Shown: one piece after another, positions 11,820 to 24,755 of the stretch | How the letters are laid out: each line of letters opens with the position of its first letter | Numbering within the stretch: the first letter of the stretch is position 1 | NCBI GenBank assembly: GCA_051294375.1 | Contig: CM119263.1 | Location: forward strand, 14,745,574 to 14,809,573 | DNA: 64,000 nucleotides | Direction of reading: 5' to 3' | DNA from: Paraspadella gotoi | Taxonomy: Eukaryota; Animalia; Chaetognatha | The notes under the pieces: model-generated | What the model was told of the DNA's origin: nothing | Database searches by the model: none | Seen by the model: only the letters and a program-made list of their open reading frames with translations | Position numbers and translations under genes: made by a program

Positions 11820-13319
11820 TCTCCCCTTCCTTTTGTTAAGGCGAATTCCTCCTTATGTGCGGGTCCGCGGTCTATGCCTCTTTTCTTTTTTTCTTTCGCT
11901 ATTAACTGTTTATGAGAGATGAAATTGGGAGTTGATACAGGTCATGCATGGCATCTCATTCGGGAGGCCGGCGATGGCCGAGAAGGGACCGGAGAGCGGA
12001 GAGACCGAACTGTGAAAAAGGGTGGGGACAATGAAAAGAGAGAGAGAGAGGAGAGAGAGAGAGAGAAAATGAGAAGAGAGAGAGAGAGAGAGAGAAAGAG
12101 AAGAGAGAGAAGAGAGAGGGAGTTTTGTGAGAAAGAAAAAACTATCTCTCTCTCTGGTGCCACTTTGTTTTTCAAATCCGCTGATCTCCCTTGATGCACT
12201 TAGATGACGCTTGGTTCCATGGCGTCGCGAGGCAAAGGGCGTGGCGTGGTCGAGTAAGAAAGAAAGAAAGAGAGAAAGAAGGAAGAAAGAAATATAATAA
12301 AAGTAGGATTAAGTAAAAAATAAAAAGGATGAAACTCGGAAAAAACAGAAGATAAAACAGCGGAGAACTTGGGAGACCTCAACGTTTTTCTTTAATCCTT
12401 TCCTCCTATTTTTTTCTCTCGGCTCTAAAGAGAGGGAGAGTAAATTTAACAAAAAAAAAAGAAAAGAAAAAGAGACATGAAAAAAGGAAAAAAAAAGAGA
12501 AAGAAAAAAGAAAAAGAAAAAGAGAAAACGATGGCGCGCGAGAGAGGAAATAAAAGGAAAAGAAAATTGGGAATGAAGTTAAAAGTCTCTTGGTTCCTCG
12601 GAACTGACAATGACACTCTTCACATTAAAGTCAGGGGTGAAGGCAGAAAGGGGAATATTCCTCGCAAAGGAAAAGAGAACAAAGAGTGAAAAATTGCGAG
12701 AGAGAGAGAGAAGAGGGAGACGAGAGAGAACGATGAGAAAGAGAGAGAGAGGAGAGAAGAGAGAGAGAAGAGAGAGAGAGAAGAGAGAGAAATATGACCG
12801 AAAAAAGGGGGGGGGAAGTGAGATTATAAAAAAGGGCGGTGACGTGATGCGGCAATTAGGCAGTTGTAAGAGATCCTGTTTACGGAGATTTCCTCCATTT
12901 ATATCCGCTTTTTTCATATTCGGCTTTGACAAATGGCGCAAGAATGCGCAGAGAATAAAAAAAAAAGGGGAAAGAGAGAGATGGAGACGGACAGAAAATT
13001 ACAAAGATACTAAGAAGGATGATAACGAGCTTCGTCACGCTGCAATGGATGCTCGCTTTCCTTTTAAAAAAACCAATAAAAAATTAAATTATATAGAATA
13101 AAAAAAATGGAGACAAACCACGATCGCCTTCCCACCGCGAGGTTTTGACAACCGAAAAATGGATCCATCTGGGTCCCGCTATAAACGCATTAAACGATCA
13201 CACAATTAATTATTTTTTTTTCACTTCTCTTTCTCGAACACTAGGAACGGATCAGAGAATACAATGCGAAGAAAAAGAGAGGCAAGGAGAGATAGAGAGA
13301 GAGAGGAGAGAGAGAGAGA

Positions 13320-13355
<36 letters not shown>

Positions 13356-16300
13356 AGAGAGAGAGAGAGAAGAAAGAAGAAGAAAAATAGATGATTGGAA
13401 AAGGGACTGCCGCATCATACAGTCGTCGCGTCGTCGTAATCATTGGTCGTCGCCTCGTCGTAATCAACCTGGTCGTTGTCCGTCGATGATCTGAAGAGCT
13501 GGTGTCCTCTTTTTTTTCCTCGCCGTTCAGCGTTCCTTTTCGTCTTTGTCCTCTTGTCACAGTTTGTCGGTTCTTTTCGCTGCCTTTGCTTCATAGAAAA
13601 GCGTCCAGGGCTCTTCAATCCTCGACGTCGCGTCACCAAACACGTAAAACCGACTTCCACAAATCGTCATTTCTCTTCCACACCATTCGTCACCTGCGCG
13701 CGGTCGATGTCGTCTCCCTAACTCACTTTTCAAGTGAATTTCCCCTGGCAACGGCTCTATATAAAGTTCACACGCGGATGTTGTCGTGACTTAATACTAC
13801 AATTTACTAAAGCTCTAGATTTGGTATGGTTACCGGCGTTAACACGTTTTACAGAGAAATGAGTCAAATTATCGCCTAAAGAAGTATGGTCCACGTGACG
13901 TGACGCGGAAGAATGCGAAAACTTAATAAAGAAATTTATTAAGAATAAATGAAACCGAAGATCTATAAACGAACTACTAAAATTGATTTGATTAAATAAA
14001 ACTTTGTCTGGGCTAATTGTCGCTATGCCTGATCGTCCGTTTCGAAACATTGTTGTGAACAGGCCTAGTTCTCACAAGTTGCCCTCTAATTAAAAAGTTA
14101 AAAAAAACAAAAAAAACCTGTCTCTGTCTTTTATAAAGGAATCTATTTCGACAAACTCGTTCGAACCTAGAGAAGAGAATGGCTTCAAATATTTTTGTTT
14201 TTTCGGTTGAAATCACACAGCGAGAAAAATGCGTCTTCGACGTTCTGTCGCCAAGTTCTGTTTGGAAGGGGGGGCGGAGAAGCCTCTTCCTCCAATCCGG
14301 GTTGCTGTAAACACAGATATCCACGGCCCGCCGGTCCGCCGACGCCACGGCCCAGCAGGCGACGCTGCGCCACGGAGGCCTGCCGCCGCGCCGTCGAGGC
14401 CACCGGCCGCTCAAAAGCGCCTTCTCCGATCCAAATCTTGTGGTTCGACATTTAAAGGCTTTTTTTTCGACATAAATGACAAAATGGTTGGCGAAGAGGA
14501 GAAGATATCAAAGATAAAGAGAGACAGATGGAGAGAACAGATGAGAGAGAGATGAAGGAAGAAAAAAATTGAAATTTAAGCAGAACGTTTGACTTGAAAG
14601 TTACTGTGCTCCGTAAAACGAACCAAATAATAACATACAAAGAAAAAAACAATTTAATACACAATCGATGTTCTCAGCATCTTTCACTTTTGCTGAACAT
14701 CTGTCGAAATATTGTTCAATTCTCCTTTTGTATTTTTTAAACTTAAAATACTAAAGTGTTAGTAGATAAACTATTTTACAATATAAGTATGGTATAAGAT
14801 ATGATATTTATATATACTACCTTCCCCAGTTTGTATCTCCTATCAGAAACTAAAATTCTAACATGGTGAATTTAATCCCTATTGGTAAAAAAATTCAATA
14901 TAAGAATTGTCACACCAATATAAGATTGAATCCATTATTAAATAAATAAGCATCTTGCCCTGACTTTGGACAGGGGTCTTTGGGTGTTAAGCCTCACACT
15001 CTCTAACAAGAATAATGACAATAGCAGGTCCCTGCGAAGCTTTTCAATCTTAAGATCTTTCAACATCTCTTTTTATTCACTCTCGCAGAGTACACGCGTG
15101 GCTCTTCCTATTCAATTGAAGTGGAAAATATTTCAAAAGAATGTTCAATTGTAGAAAGACCACCCTAAGTATTAGATCGGGAATACTTATTGTACTCCTC
15201 CGCACTAGATCAAAATGCAAGGAGCTCTGAATTTTATGAAATTGGTACAACCAAATAAAAATTATCCATTCATTAATAAATAAGCTATTGCCCCTGACTG
15301 GGGGCCCGGGCCTAAAAAATTATCCATTCCCCCTTTCTGTTCAGCCTTTTAGATATTAATTTTCATTAATGAGACTTTCTAACAGAAAAGATGTGTGATA
15401 TCTATTAGAAACCTAAGGACAGGTATAATGTAACCTTGTGTTGTTAGATGCTCCCATCTTTCATGAAGACACAGACTTCCCCTTCCCAAATTGAATTATT
15501 TAGATAAAAACAGTTTAAAAAAAGAAAGCAATAATATTTGGTTTAAATGAATAGATTAAATACCTAAATCCTCATAAAACTATAAAATAACTGTAAAATC
15601 AGTGCACAAATAAGTTTGCAAATTTTATCATAACCTATGAAACAAAACAGATGCAAAACATGAATAACATGATGAAGCGTTTTTAGTAGCTCTATATTCA
15701 TTAACATGTATGTATTATATTATTATTTTAGACGGAAAAACACTTTGTTTCGGCATTGCCAAATTTCGAAGTCGTTTGTTTTTTTGTTTTCTAGAGGTTA
15801 TTTTGTCCGAACCGGAAGGGGCAGCTTGAAGGGGGCTTGACCAGGGGGGGGAGGGGGGGGGGCAGCGGAGTTGGTCTCATGCGCACGACGAGATATTTTG
15901 ATTTGGCTAGGAGCGAAGACGGGCTTCTTCCTTGTCGCGGCTCAGGAATCAGAAATGTTGTGGGAGAGAGCAAGAAGAGAGAGAGAGAGAGAGAGAGAGA
16001 AGAGACGGAAGAGAGAGCGATGCGTGCGGACGGGTTGATGCTGGAGCGAGTGGTGGGCGGAAGATTTGGACGGAGGGAGAACCAAGTGGTTTGACGATCG
16101 AGGCTGGACCAAGAGTTGGCGTTTGTCGGAGCGGCTCGGTGCCGTTGGCCAGACGTTCATACTAAACAGCAGGGGAAAGCTTTTGATGTTTGGAGCGGGG
16201 GATGGGCGTTTGACTGGAGGAGCGCATCGTAGAAAGAGAAAGGACTTTGAGGGGCGGAAAGATACGACGACCGACGACGACGGAGACGACGGACGTCGGC

Positions 16301-17219
16301 GACGGCTTCAATTCGACATCGACTCCTGAACGAAACCAAAACAAATAAATCTCTCAACGAGATGCGGAGAGGGAGTGCGACCGCGCTGGCGGTGAGGAGC
16401 AGGTGGGCGAGGTGCTCTCTGCCGAGTGGGGTCGGGGTGTGTCGATGAAACAAGTTGATTTGACGGAGGAGTTTTAAAGAGAGAGAGACTGAATATCCGT
16501 TAAAGATGAGAAAGGTGAGTCGTGAATGGTTAAAAAGAGTGAGTTTGATCTGATGTTTGTTCAAAACTTTTTCCTGAACTTATTTCAGGTCGGAACGTAT
16601 GTGTGTTGAGTAAATGTTGAGAGGATGTCAATGTTAACCAAGTGAGAAATGGGAAAGCACCATGCAGGATGAGAAGGAGTTGGGAAAATTTTTAGAAAAA
16701 TTGGCGTGGCGAACGGAAAATTTGGAAACGATGGGGGTTCCCCCCCAAACAAAAAAGACGTAGCGGCTGACGTTTTTTTTGAAGTCGGCAATCTGGTGAT
16801 AAGCCCGGTTCAGTTTGAGGCCACCTTCTGTCCGCAGGTTCAAAAACAGGGTTCCGCCGGCCAATTTATGAGGCGGGACTCTCCTGACCTCATGGCTCGC
16901 GAAATGAATTATAAAAAAAATGAGAGTTGAATAAACCGGAAAGAAAATGAGAAAATAAAAGAAAAGGAAGAAGAGAAAAAAGAAAATGAAAAAAAAGTCG
17001 AAGACTTAAATGGAGAAGCGACCCCTCTCGCCGGGAAAGAAAAAAAAAAAAGAATAGAAGAAGGAAAGAGGAATAAGAGGTTAAGATATTCCCGGAAGAA
17101 ATGCCCTCGGACGAAGAGAAGAAGAAAACGCAAATAGGAGGAACGGTTGGTCAGTGAGGCCTAATTTGAAGGGTCGTGAGAGAGAGAGAGAAGAGAGCTA
17201 AAAGGAGTCAGAAAGGGCG
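11820..17219. repeat. ~5.4-kb duplicated segment, copy 1
   Basis: Collinear with 17245-22508 and, from about 13765 onward, with 27308-31014; differences are mostly 1-bp indels. Confidence 0.95.
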
Positions 17220-17244
17220 NNNNNNNNNNNNNNNNNNNNNNNNN

Positions 17245-17485
17245 CCCCCCCCTCCTTTTTTAAGCGAATTCCTCCTTATGCGGGGTCACGGGTCTTATGC
17301 CTCTTTTCTTTTTTTCTTTTCGCTTTACGTTTTATGGTAATGAAATTGGGAGTTTGAATAAGGAGGTCATGCATGGCATCTCATTCGGGAGGCCGGCGAT
17401 GGCCGAGAACGGGACGGAGAGCGAGAGACCGAACTGTGAAAAAGGGTGGGGACAATGAAAGAGAGAGAGAGAGAGGAAGAGAGAG

Positions 17486-17531
<46 letters not shown>

Positions 17532-18716
17532 AAGAGAGAGAGAGAGAGAGGGAGTTTGTGAGAAAGAAAACTATCTTCTCCTGGTGCCACTTGTTTTTCA
17601 CATCCGCTGATCTCCCTTGATGGCACTAGATGACGCTTGGTTCCATGGCGTCGCGAGGCAAAGGGCGTGGCGTGTCGAGTAAGAAAGAAAGAAAGAGAGA
17701 AGAAAGGAAAGAAAGAAAATAAATAAAAGTAGGATTAGTAAAAAATAAAAAAGGATGAAACTCGGAAAAACAGAAGATAAAACAGCGGGAAACTTGGGAG
17801 ACCTCAACGTTTTTCTTTAATCTCTTTTCCTCCTATTTTTTCTCCGGCTCTAAAGAGAGAGGTAAATTTAAAAAAAAAAAGAAAAGAAAAAGAAAGTGAA
17901 AAGGAAAAAAAAAGAGAAAAGAAAAAAGAAAAAAGAAAAAAGAGAAAAGATGGCCGCGAGAGGAAAAAAAAAGGAAAAGAAATGGGAATGAAGTAAAAGT
18001 CTTTGGTTCCTCGGAATGACAATGACACTCTTCACACTTAAAGTCAGGGGGTGAAGGCAGAAAGGGGAATATTCTCCAAAGGAAAGAGAACAAAGAAGTG
18101 AAAAATTGCTGAGAAGAGAGAGAGAGATGAGGAGAGCGAGAGAACGATGAGAGAGAGAGAGAGAGGGAGAAGAAGAGAGAGAGAGAGAGAGAAGAGAGAA
18201 GAGAGAAGAGAGGAGAGAATATACCGAAAAAGGGGGGGGGAAGTGAGATTATAAAAAAGGCGGTGACGTGATGGCGGCAATTAGGCAGTTGTAAGGATCC
18301 CTGTTTACGGAGATTTGCCTCCATTTATATCCGCTTTTTCATATTCGCTTTGAAATGGCGCAAGAATGCTGCAGAGAAAAAAAAAAGGGGAAAAGAGAGA
18401 TGGAGACGGACAGAAATACAAAGATACTAAGAAGGATGATAACGAGCTTCTGTCACCGCTGCATGGATGCTCGCTCCTTTTAAAAAAACCAATAAAAAAT
18501 AAATATATAGAATAAAAAAAAAGGAGACAACCCTCGCCTTTCCCCGCGAAACGTTTTAACACCGAAAAATGGGGATCCATCTGGTCTCCGTCTATAAACC
18601 ATTAACGATCATCATTATTATTTTTTTTTTCACTTCTCTTTCTCGAACACTAGAACGCAGAGAATAATGAAGAGAAAAAGAGAGAGAGCAGCAGAAGAGA
18701 GAGAGAGAGAGAGAGC

Positions 18717-18789
<73 letters not shown>

Positions 18790-21321
18790 TAAAGAAGAAA
18801 GAATAGATGATTGAAAGAGGACTGCCGCTAATACTAGTCGTCGCCGTCGTCGTAATCATTGTCGTCGCCTTCGTCGTAATCACCGTCGTTGTCGTCGATG
18901 ATTCTGAAGAGCTGGTTGTCCTCTTTTTTTCCCGCCGTTCACGTTCCTTTGTCGTCTTTGTCCTTCTTGTCACAGTTGTTGTCGTTCTTTTCGATGCTTT
19001 GCTTCATAGAAAACCGTCAGCTTTCATCCCTCGACGTCGCGTCACCAAACGTAAACCGACTTTCACAAACGTCATTTCTCTTCCACCAATTCGTTCACGC
19101 GCGGTCGATGTCGTCTCCCTAACTCACTTTTCAAGTGAATTTCCCTGCAACGCTCTATATAAAGTTCACACGCGATGTTTCGTGACTTAATACTAAATTT
19201 AATAAAGCTCAAGATTGGTATTTTACGCGTTTAAACGTTTACAGAGAAATATCAATATCGCCTAAAAAGTATGGTCACGTGACGTGACGGGAAGATGCGA
19301 AAATTAATAAAGAATTTTATAAGAAGAAAGAAACCGAAGATCATAAACGAACTACTAAAAATGATTTGATTAAATAAACTTTGTCTGGGCTATTGTCGCT
19401 ATGGCGCTGATCCGTTTCGAACATTTTGTGAACAGGCTAGTTTCCTCAAAAGTTGCCTCTAATAAAAAGTTAAAAAAAACAAAAAAAAAAACCTGTCTCT
19501 GTCTTTTTTAAAGGAAACTTATTTCGACAAACTCGTTACGAACCAGAGAAAGAATTGGGCTTCAAATTTTTATGTTTTTCGGTTGAAATCAACAGCGAGA
19601 AAAAACTGCGTCTTCGACGTTCTGCGCCAAGTTCCTTTTGGAAGGGGGGGCGGAGAAGCCTCTCTCCATCCAATCGGGTTGCTGTAACACAGATGCCACC
19701 GCCGCCGCCGCCGCCGCCACGGCCCAGCAGGCGACGCTGCCGCCACGGAGGCTGCCGCCGCAGCCGTCGAGGCCACCGCCGCCTCAAAGCGCCTTTCCGA
19801 TCCAAATCTTGTGGTTCGACATTTAAAGCTTTTTTCGACATAAATGACAAACAATGGTGGCGAAGAGGAGAGGAGAATCATCAAAGAGAAAGAGAGACAG
19901 ATGGAGAGACAGAGAGAGAGAGATGAAGGAAGAAAAAAATTGAAATTTAGCAGACGTTTGACTTTGAAAGTTACTGTGCTACGTAGAACGAACAAATAAG
20001 TACATACAAAAAAACAAAACAATTTAATACACAACGAATTCTCCCATTTCACTTTTCTGAACATTGTCGAAAATTGTTCAATTCTCCTTTTTATTTTTTA
20101 AACTTAAAATACTAAAGTGTTAGTAGATAAACTATTTTACAATATAAATATGTATAATATATATTTATATATATCTACCTTTCCCCAGTATGTATCCCTA
20201 TCAGAACATAAAATTCTACATGGTAGTCTTATCCCTATTGGTAAAAAAAATCATATGAAATTGGTACAACCAATATAAAAATTATCCATTCATTTAATAA
20301 ATAAGCTATCTTGCCCCTGACTTTGGACAGGCTTTGGTGGTTTAAGGCCTCCATCACTCTTACAAGATAATGACATAGCAGGTCCCTGCAAGCTTTCAAT
20401 CTAGACTCTTTCACAGTCTCTTTTATTCACTCCCAGAGTACCTGGCTTCCCTATCAATGAAGTGGAAAATATTTCAAAGAATGTTTCAATTGTATGAAAA
20501 GACCACTCCCTTAAGTATTAGATCGGGGAATACTTATTGTACTCCGCACTAGCATCAAAATACAAGGAGCTGAATTTTATGAAATTGGTACAACCAATAT
20601 AAAAATTATCCATTCATTTAATAAATAAGCTATCTTGCCCCTGACTTTGGCCCCCCTAAAAAAATTATCCATTCCCTCCCCTTTCTGTTCAGCCTTTTAG
20701 ATATTATGATTTTTCATTAATGACTTTCTAACAGAAAAGATGTGTGATATCTATTAGAAAACTAGGACAGATAGTAATCAAACCTTGTGTTGTATAGATG
20801 CTCCCTCTATTTCCAGAAGACAACACTGACTTCCCCTTCCCAAATTGAATTATAAGATAAATAAAACATTTTAAAAAAAGAAAGCAATATATATTTGTTT
20901 AAATAATATAGATTAAATACTAAATCCTTCATAAAATATAAAAATATAAAATAGTGAAACAAGTAATTTGCAAATTTTCATACCTATAATACAAAACTCA
21001 AAACTGACATAACAATGAAAAAGAAGCGTTTTTAGTAGTTGAAATACATGTATTGTTTATTATAATGAATTATTTAGGGAAAAACAAACTTTGTTCGCGC
21101 ATCGCAAAAGTTCGAAGTCGTTTGTTTTTGTTTTCGAGGTTATTTTTGTCGAACGCGGAAGGGGCAGCTGAAGGGGGTTGACCAGGGGGGGAGGGGGGGG
21201 CAGGCGAGTTGGGGTCTCATGCGCAGGAGCGAGATATGTTTTGATTTGGCTCAGGAGCGGAAGAACGGGCTTTCCTTGTGCGCGGCTCAGGAATCAGAAA
21301 ATGTTTTGGGAGAGAGCAAGA

Positions 21322-21353
<32 letters not shown>

Positions 21354-22508
21354 CGAGAGAGAAGAGAGCGATGCGTGCGTGACGGGTTGATGCTGGAGCG
21401 AGTGGTGGGCGAGAGTTTGACGGAGGAGAACCAAGTGGGGTTGACGATCGAGGCTGGCAGCAGAGAGTTGGCGTTTAGTCGGAGCGGCCTCGGTGCGTTG
21501 GCCAGACGTTCATTACTGGAAACAGCAGGTGAAAAAGCTTTGATGTTGGAGCGGGGGATGGGCGTTTGACGGAGGAGCGCTCGTAGAAAGAGAAAGGATC
21601 TTTGAGGGGCGGAAAGATACGACGACGACGACGACGACGACGACGACGTCGGCGACGCTTCATTCGAACATCGACTCTGAACGAAACCAAAACAAATAAA
21701 TCTCTCAAACGAGATGCGGAGAGGGAGTGGCGACCGCGTGGCGGTGAGAGCAGGTGGGCGAGGTGCTCTCTGCCGAGTGGGGTCGGGGTGTGTCGATGAA
21801 ACAAGTGATCTTTGACGGAGAGTTTTATAAGAGAGAGAGACTGAATATCCGTTAAAGATGAGAAGGTGAGTCGTGAATGGCTTAAAAGAGTGAGTTTGAT
21901 CTGATGTTTGTTCAAAACTCTTTTCTGAACTTATTCAGTCGGAACGTATGTGTGTTGAGTAAATGTTGAGAGGATGTCAATGTTAACCAAGTGAGAAATG
22001 GGAAGCACCATGCAAGGAGTGAGAAGGAGTTGGAAAATTTTTAGAAAAAATTGGCGTGGCGAACGGAAAACGTTGGAACGATGGGTCACCAAAAGACGTC
22101 AGCGGCTGACGTTTTTTGAAGTCGGCAATCTGGTGATAAGCCGGTTCAGTTTGAGGCCACCTTTGTCGCCGCAGGTTCAAAAACAGGGCTTCCGCCATTT
22201 ATGAGGCGGGAACTCCTCGAGACCTCATGCTCGCGAAATGAATTATAAAAAAAATGAGAGGTTGAATAAACCGGAAAGAAATGAGCGAAAATAAAAGAAA
22301 AGGAAGAAGAGAAAAAAGAAAATGAAAAAAAAGTCGAAGACTTAATGGGAGAACGACTCCCTCTCGCCGGGAAAGAAAAAAAAAGAATAAAAAGAAGAAG
22401 AAAGAGGAAGAGGTTAAGATGATTCCGCGAAGAAATGCCTCGACGAAGAGATAGAAAGGAAAACGCAAATAGAGAGGAACGGTCAGTGAGCTAATTTGAA
22501 GGAGCGGA
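17245..22508. repeat. ~5.3-kb duplicated segment, copy 2, bounded by 25-N gaps
   Basis: Collinear with copy 1 from gcgaattcctccttatg to ctaatttgaagg. Confidence 0.95.
20254..20650 (+). mobile_element. Short AT-rich dispersed element with 73-bp direct repeats (20254-20326 and 20578-20650)
   Basis: TATGAAATTGGTACAACCAATATAAAAATTATCC...GCCCCTGACTTTGG occurs twice, 324 bp apart; same arrangement at ~14900-15305; diverged partial copy at ~46584-46760. Confidence 0.5.
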
Positions 22509-23727
22509 NNNNNNNNNNNNNNNNNNNNNNNNNACGCAGAGATGAGAGAGAGTACACAGAAGAGAGAGAAAATACATAGTTATACATTAGGCAATGTACA
22601 ACCAACGATAAATAGTATTATAAACTAGACATACAACCAAAGAATTTAAATAAACTTAAATTAGCCTGTTTGTGCATTTTTGAAATAGTGGAATATTGCA
22701 AATATTGAAAATGAAATGGAAAAAGGATAGTTACTGAGGGATAGGTTAAGATAAAGCAGGTAAGAGAAAAAAATAAGTAAAGAAAGAGCTCAAAGCTATG
22801 ATTCGGCTATCAAAAACTGGGTGGAGCACGCCAACGCCACCTCAGCCGCACGGTGACTCCCTGTCCCCACTCAAACGGGTCAGGCGGAGACAATCTCGCA
22901 GTAGGACAATGGATACCTGATGCCTCACCCAGCCTGCAAACTTGGCAACAACTCTCCTCCGACCGGAGCGTCGCCCAAAACGGACGCTGCAGGAGAGGGG
23001 AGGATTCTGTAATCTCCTGTACAACCAGGCCAGAACAGGCAATAGCCGCCTCACCGGCAGGCGTTGAGACGGAGGGCATTCGGGGCAGGCTTATCAGCGT
23101 CAGAGAGACCAATTCGAGTGGCACTTGGGCAATTTTCCAGGTGGGTCATTACAATCCCACCTAAACTAACTCCAACCAACAATACTGCTCTCACCTATGA
23201 CAGGCCTATGAACAAGATTCATCAGTAATATCCCTCATTTGCCCGGACTGGGGGGGGGAGGACCCAGCGTGCACTACTGAGCTCTTCTCTTTACTTATTT
23301 CTCTACCATATTTAAGATACTGCAACTATCCCTCATAAACTATCACCTTTTCCATTGTACACATTGTTCAATATTATCAATATTCGACAATCTATTTCCA
23401 AAAAAATGCACAACAGCCTAATTTAATTTATTTAAATCTTTGTTATGTCTAGTTTATAATACTATTTATCTTTGTTGTACATTGCCTAATGTCATACTAT
23501 TATTTTCTGGCTCTCTCTGTCCTGATCAACTCTCTTCCTTCTCTCGACGCCTTTTTCAACCAATTTCAGACATTCACTCTCCTTTCATCCCTTATCCTCG
23601 ATCTCACCTGTCCTCACTCTGACACATTTCCTTAACTAAATTCTTTGTTGGAAGACTCTCCCCTCTCTCCTATCTCTCTCTCTCTCTCCTCTCTCCCTCA
23701 ATGTTTGTGAATAAATTATTTGTATTT

Positions 23728-23775
23728 CAGATGCTGATGAAAAGGCTTGAGTGTGTGAGCCGAACATGTCCAAAG
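23728..23775 (+). ncRNA. Minimal type I hammerhead ribozyme motif (Penelope-like element type)
   Basis: CTGATGA (23734-23740), stem II GGCTT/GAGCC, then GAA-CATGTC (one A short of GAAAC; palindromic ACATGT stem III; GTC triplet ending 23770); AATAAA at 23778. Confidence 0.6.
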
Positions 23776-23819
23776 TTAATAAAAACTTTATTAGTTGTCC
23801 ACGAAAAATTTTACGTTTT

Positions 23820-24200
23820 TAAATTAATATAATATATATAATATAAATATAAAGTGATCATATTAATTTTTTGAATAAAATACTTACTAAAAAGTTATTC
23901 TGAAATTTTGTAAAGAAATAAATATTCAAAAAAAAAATAATATTTAGCAGTACTTACCTGAAAATAAATCATAATACACAATATTAACTTAAAAACTAAA
24001 ATGAAAATAAAGGAAGCTATTAAAATTTATAATTATATTCTTCAATAACTTTTTAAGAAATTTTTGAGCTCCTTTTGCTTAAATATAAAAAATTATGACT
24101 ACATTTTAATAGGTTCTTTTTGGTATTTAAAAGGACACATTAAAACTGTCTAAAACCCCTAAAAAACTTGATCGGAAAGGAACCTTTCCAAAGGCTTCCA
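23820..24200. repeat. AT-rich repeat with inverted copies at ~26725-27000 and ~27160-27255
   Basis: aataatatttagcagtactt vs aagtactgctaaatattatt; aataggttcttttt..gaaaggaac vs gttcctttc..aaaaagaacctaata. Confidence 0.7.
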
Positions 24201-24711
24201 AGTAATAGTCAATCTTTATTTTAAAGTTATTAGATGTTAGTTATTAGTAAAGTTATCAGTAAACTTTTTAGCTGGTGCGAAGTGCTTTGGGAGCAATTTC
24301 AAATCATTATCTCGTAAGTTGGTGCGGTGGTTTGTCGTTCTGTCAGTCCTACGTCTATGACCTTAAATGTTTTAATGTTCATAAGAACATCCGTTTATGG
24401 CTACCATAGAATTATAAATAAAGTATTTGGTAGGAATGTTGGATAATATGTAGTTAATGAATAGTTATACGGTTGTGCCTGGCAGGTTGATTATAAAAGT
24501 AAATGAATTACTCATGACTCACTAACGTTAACGTAACTATATGCACGTATGAAATAAGCGATATTTATGAAAAAGTGGTGAGGGTACTATTCCAATGCAA
24601 TACAAGGTATAAATAATAGTTGCAAAAACGTTTGTGTTTAAATCTTTATTTTCATTATATTTATTATTTACTCAATAGCAATAACAACAATTTATCACAA
24701 TAGGTTGGATA

Positions 24712-24755
24712 TATTTGACTCTTGCACTTTATCAGAAGTGCTTCATCAGCGGTTG
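24712..24755 (-). ncRNA. Degenerate second hammerhead motif
   Basis: Minus strand CTGATGA-A-GCACTT-ctgata-AAGTGC-aagaGTC at the position homologous to the first motif; the GAAA core is decayed. Confidence 0.35.
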
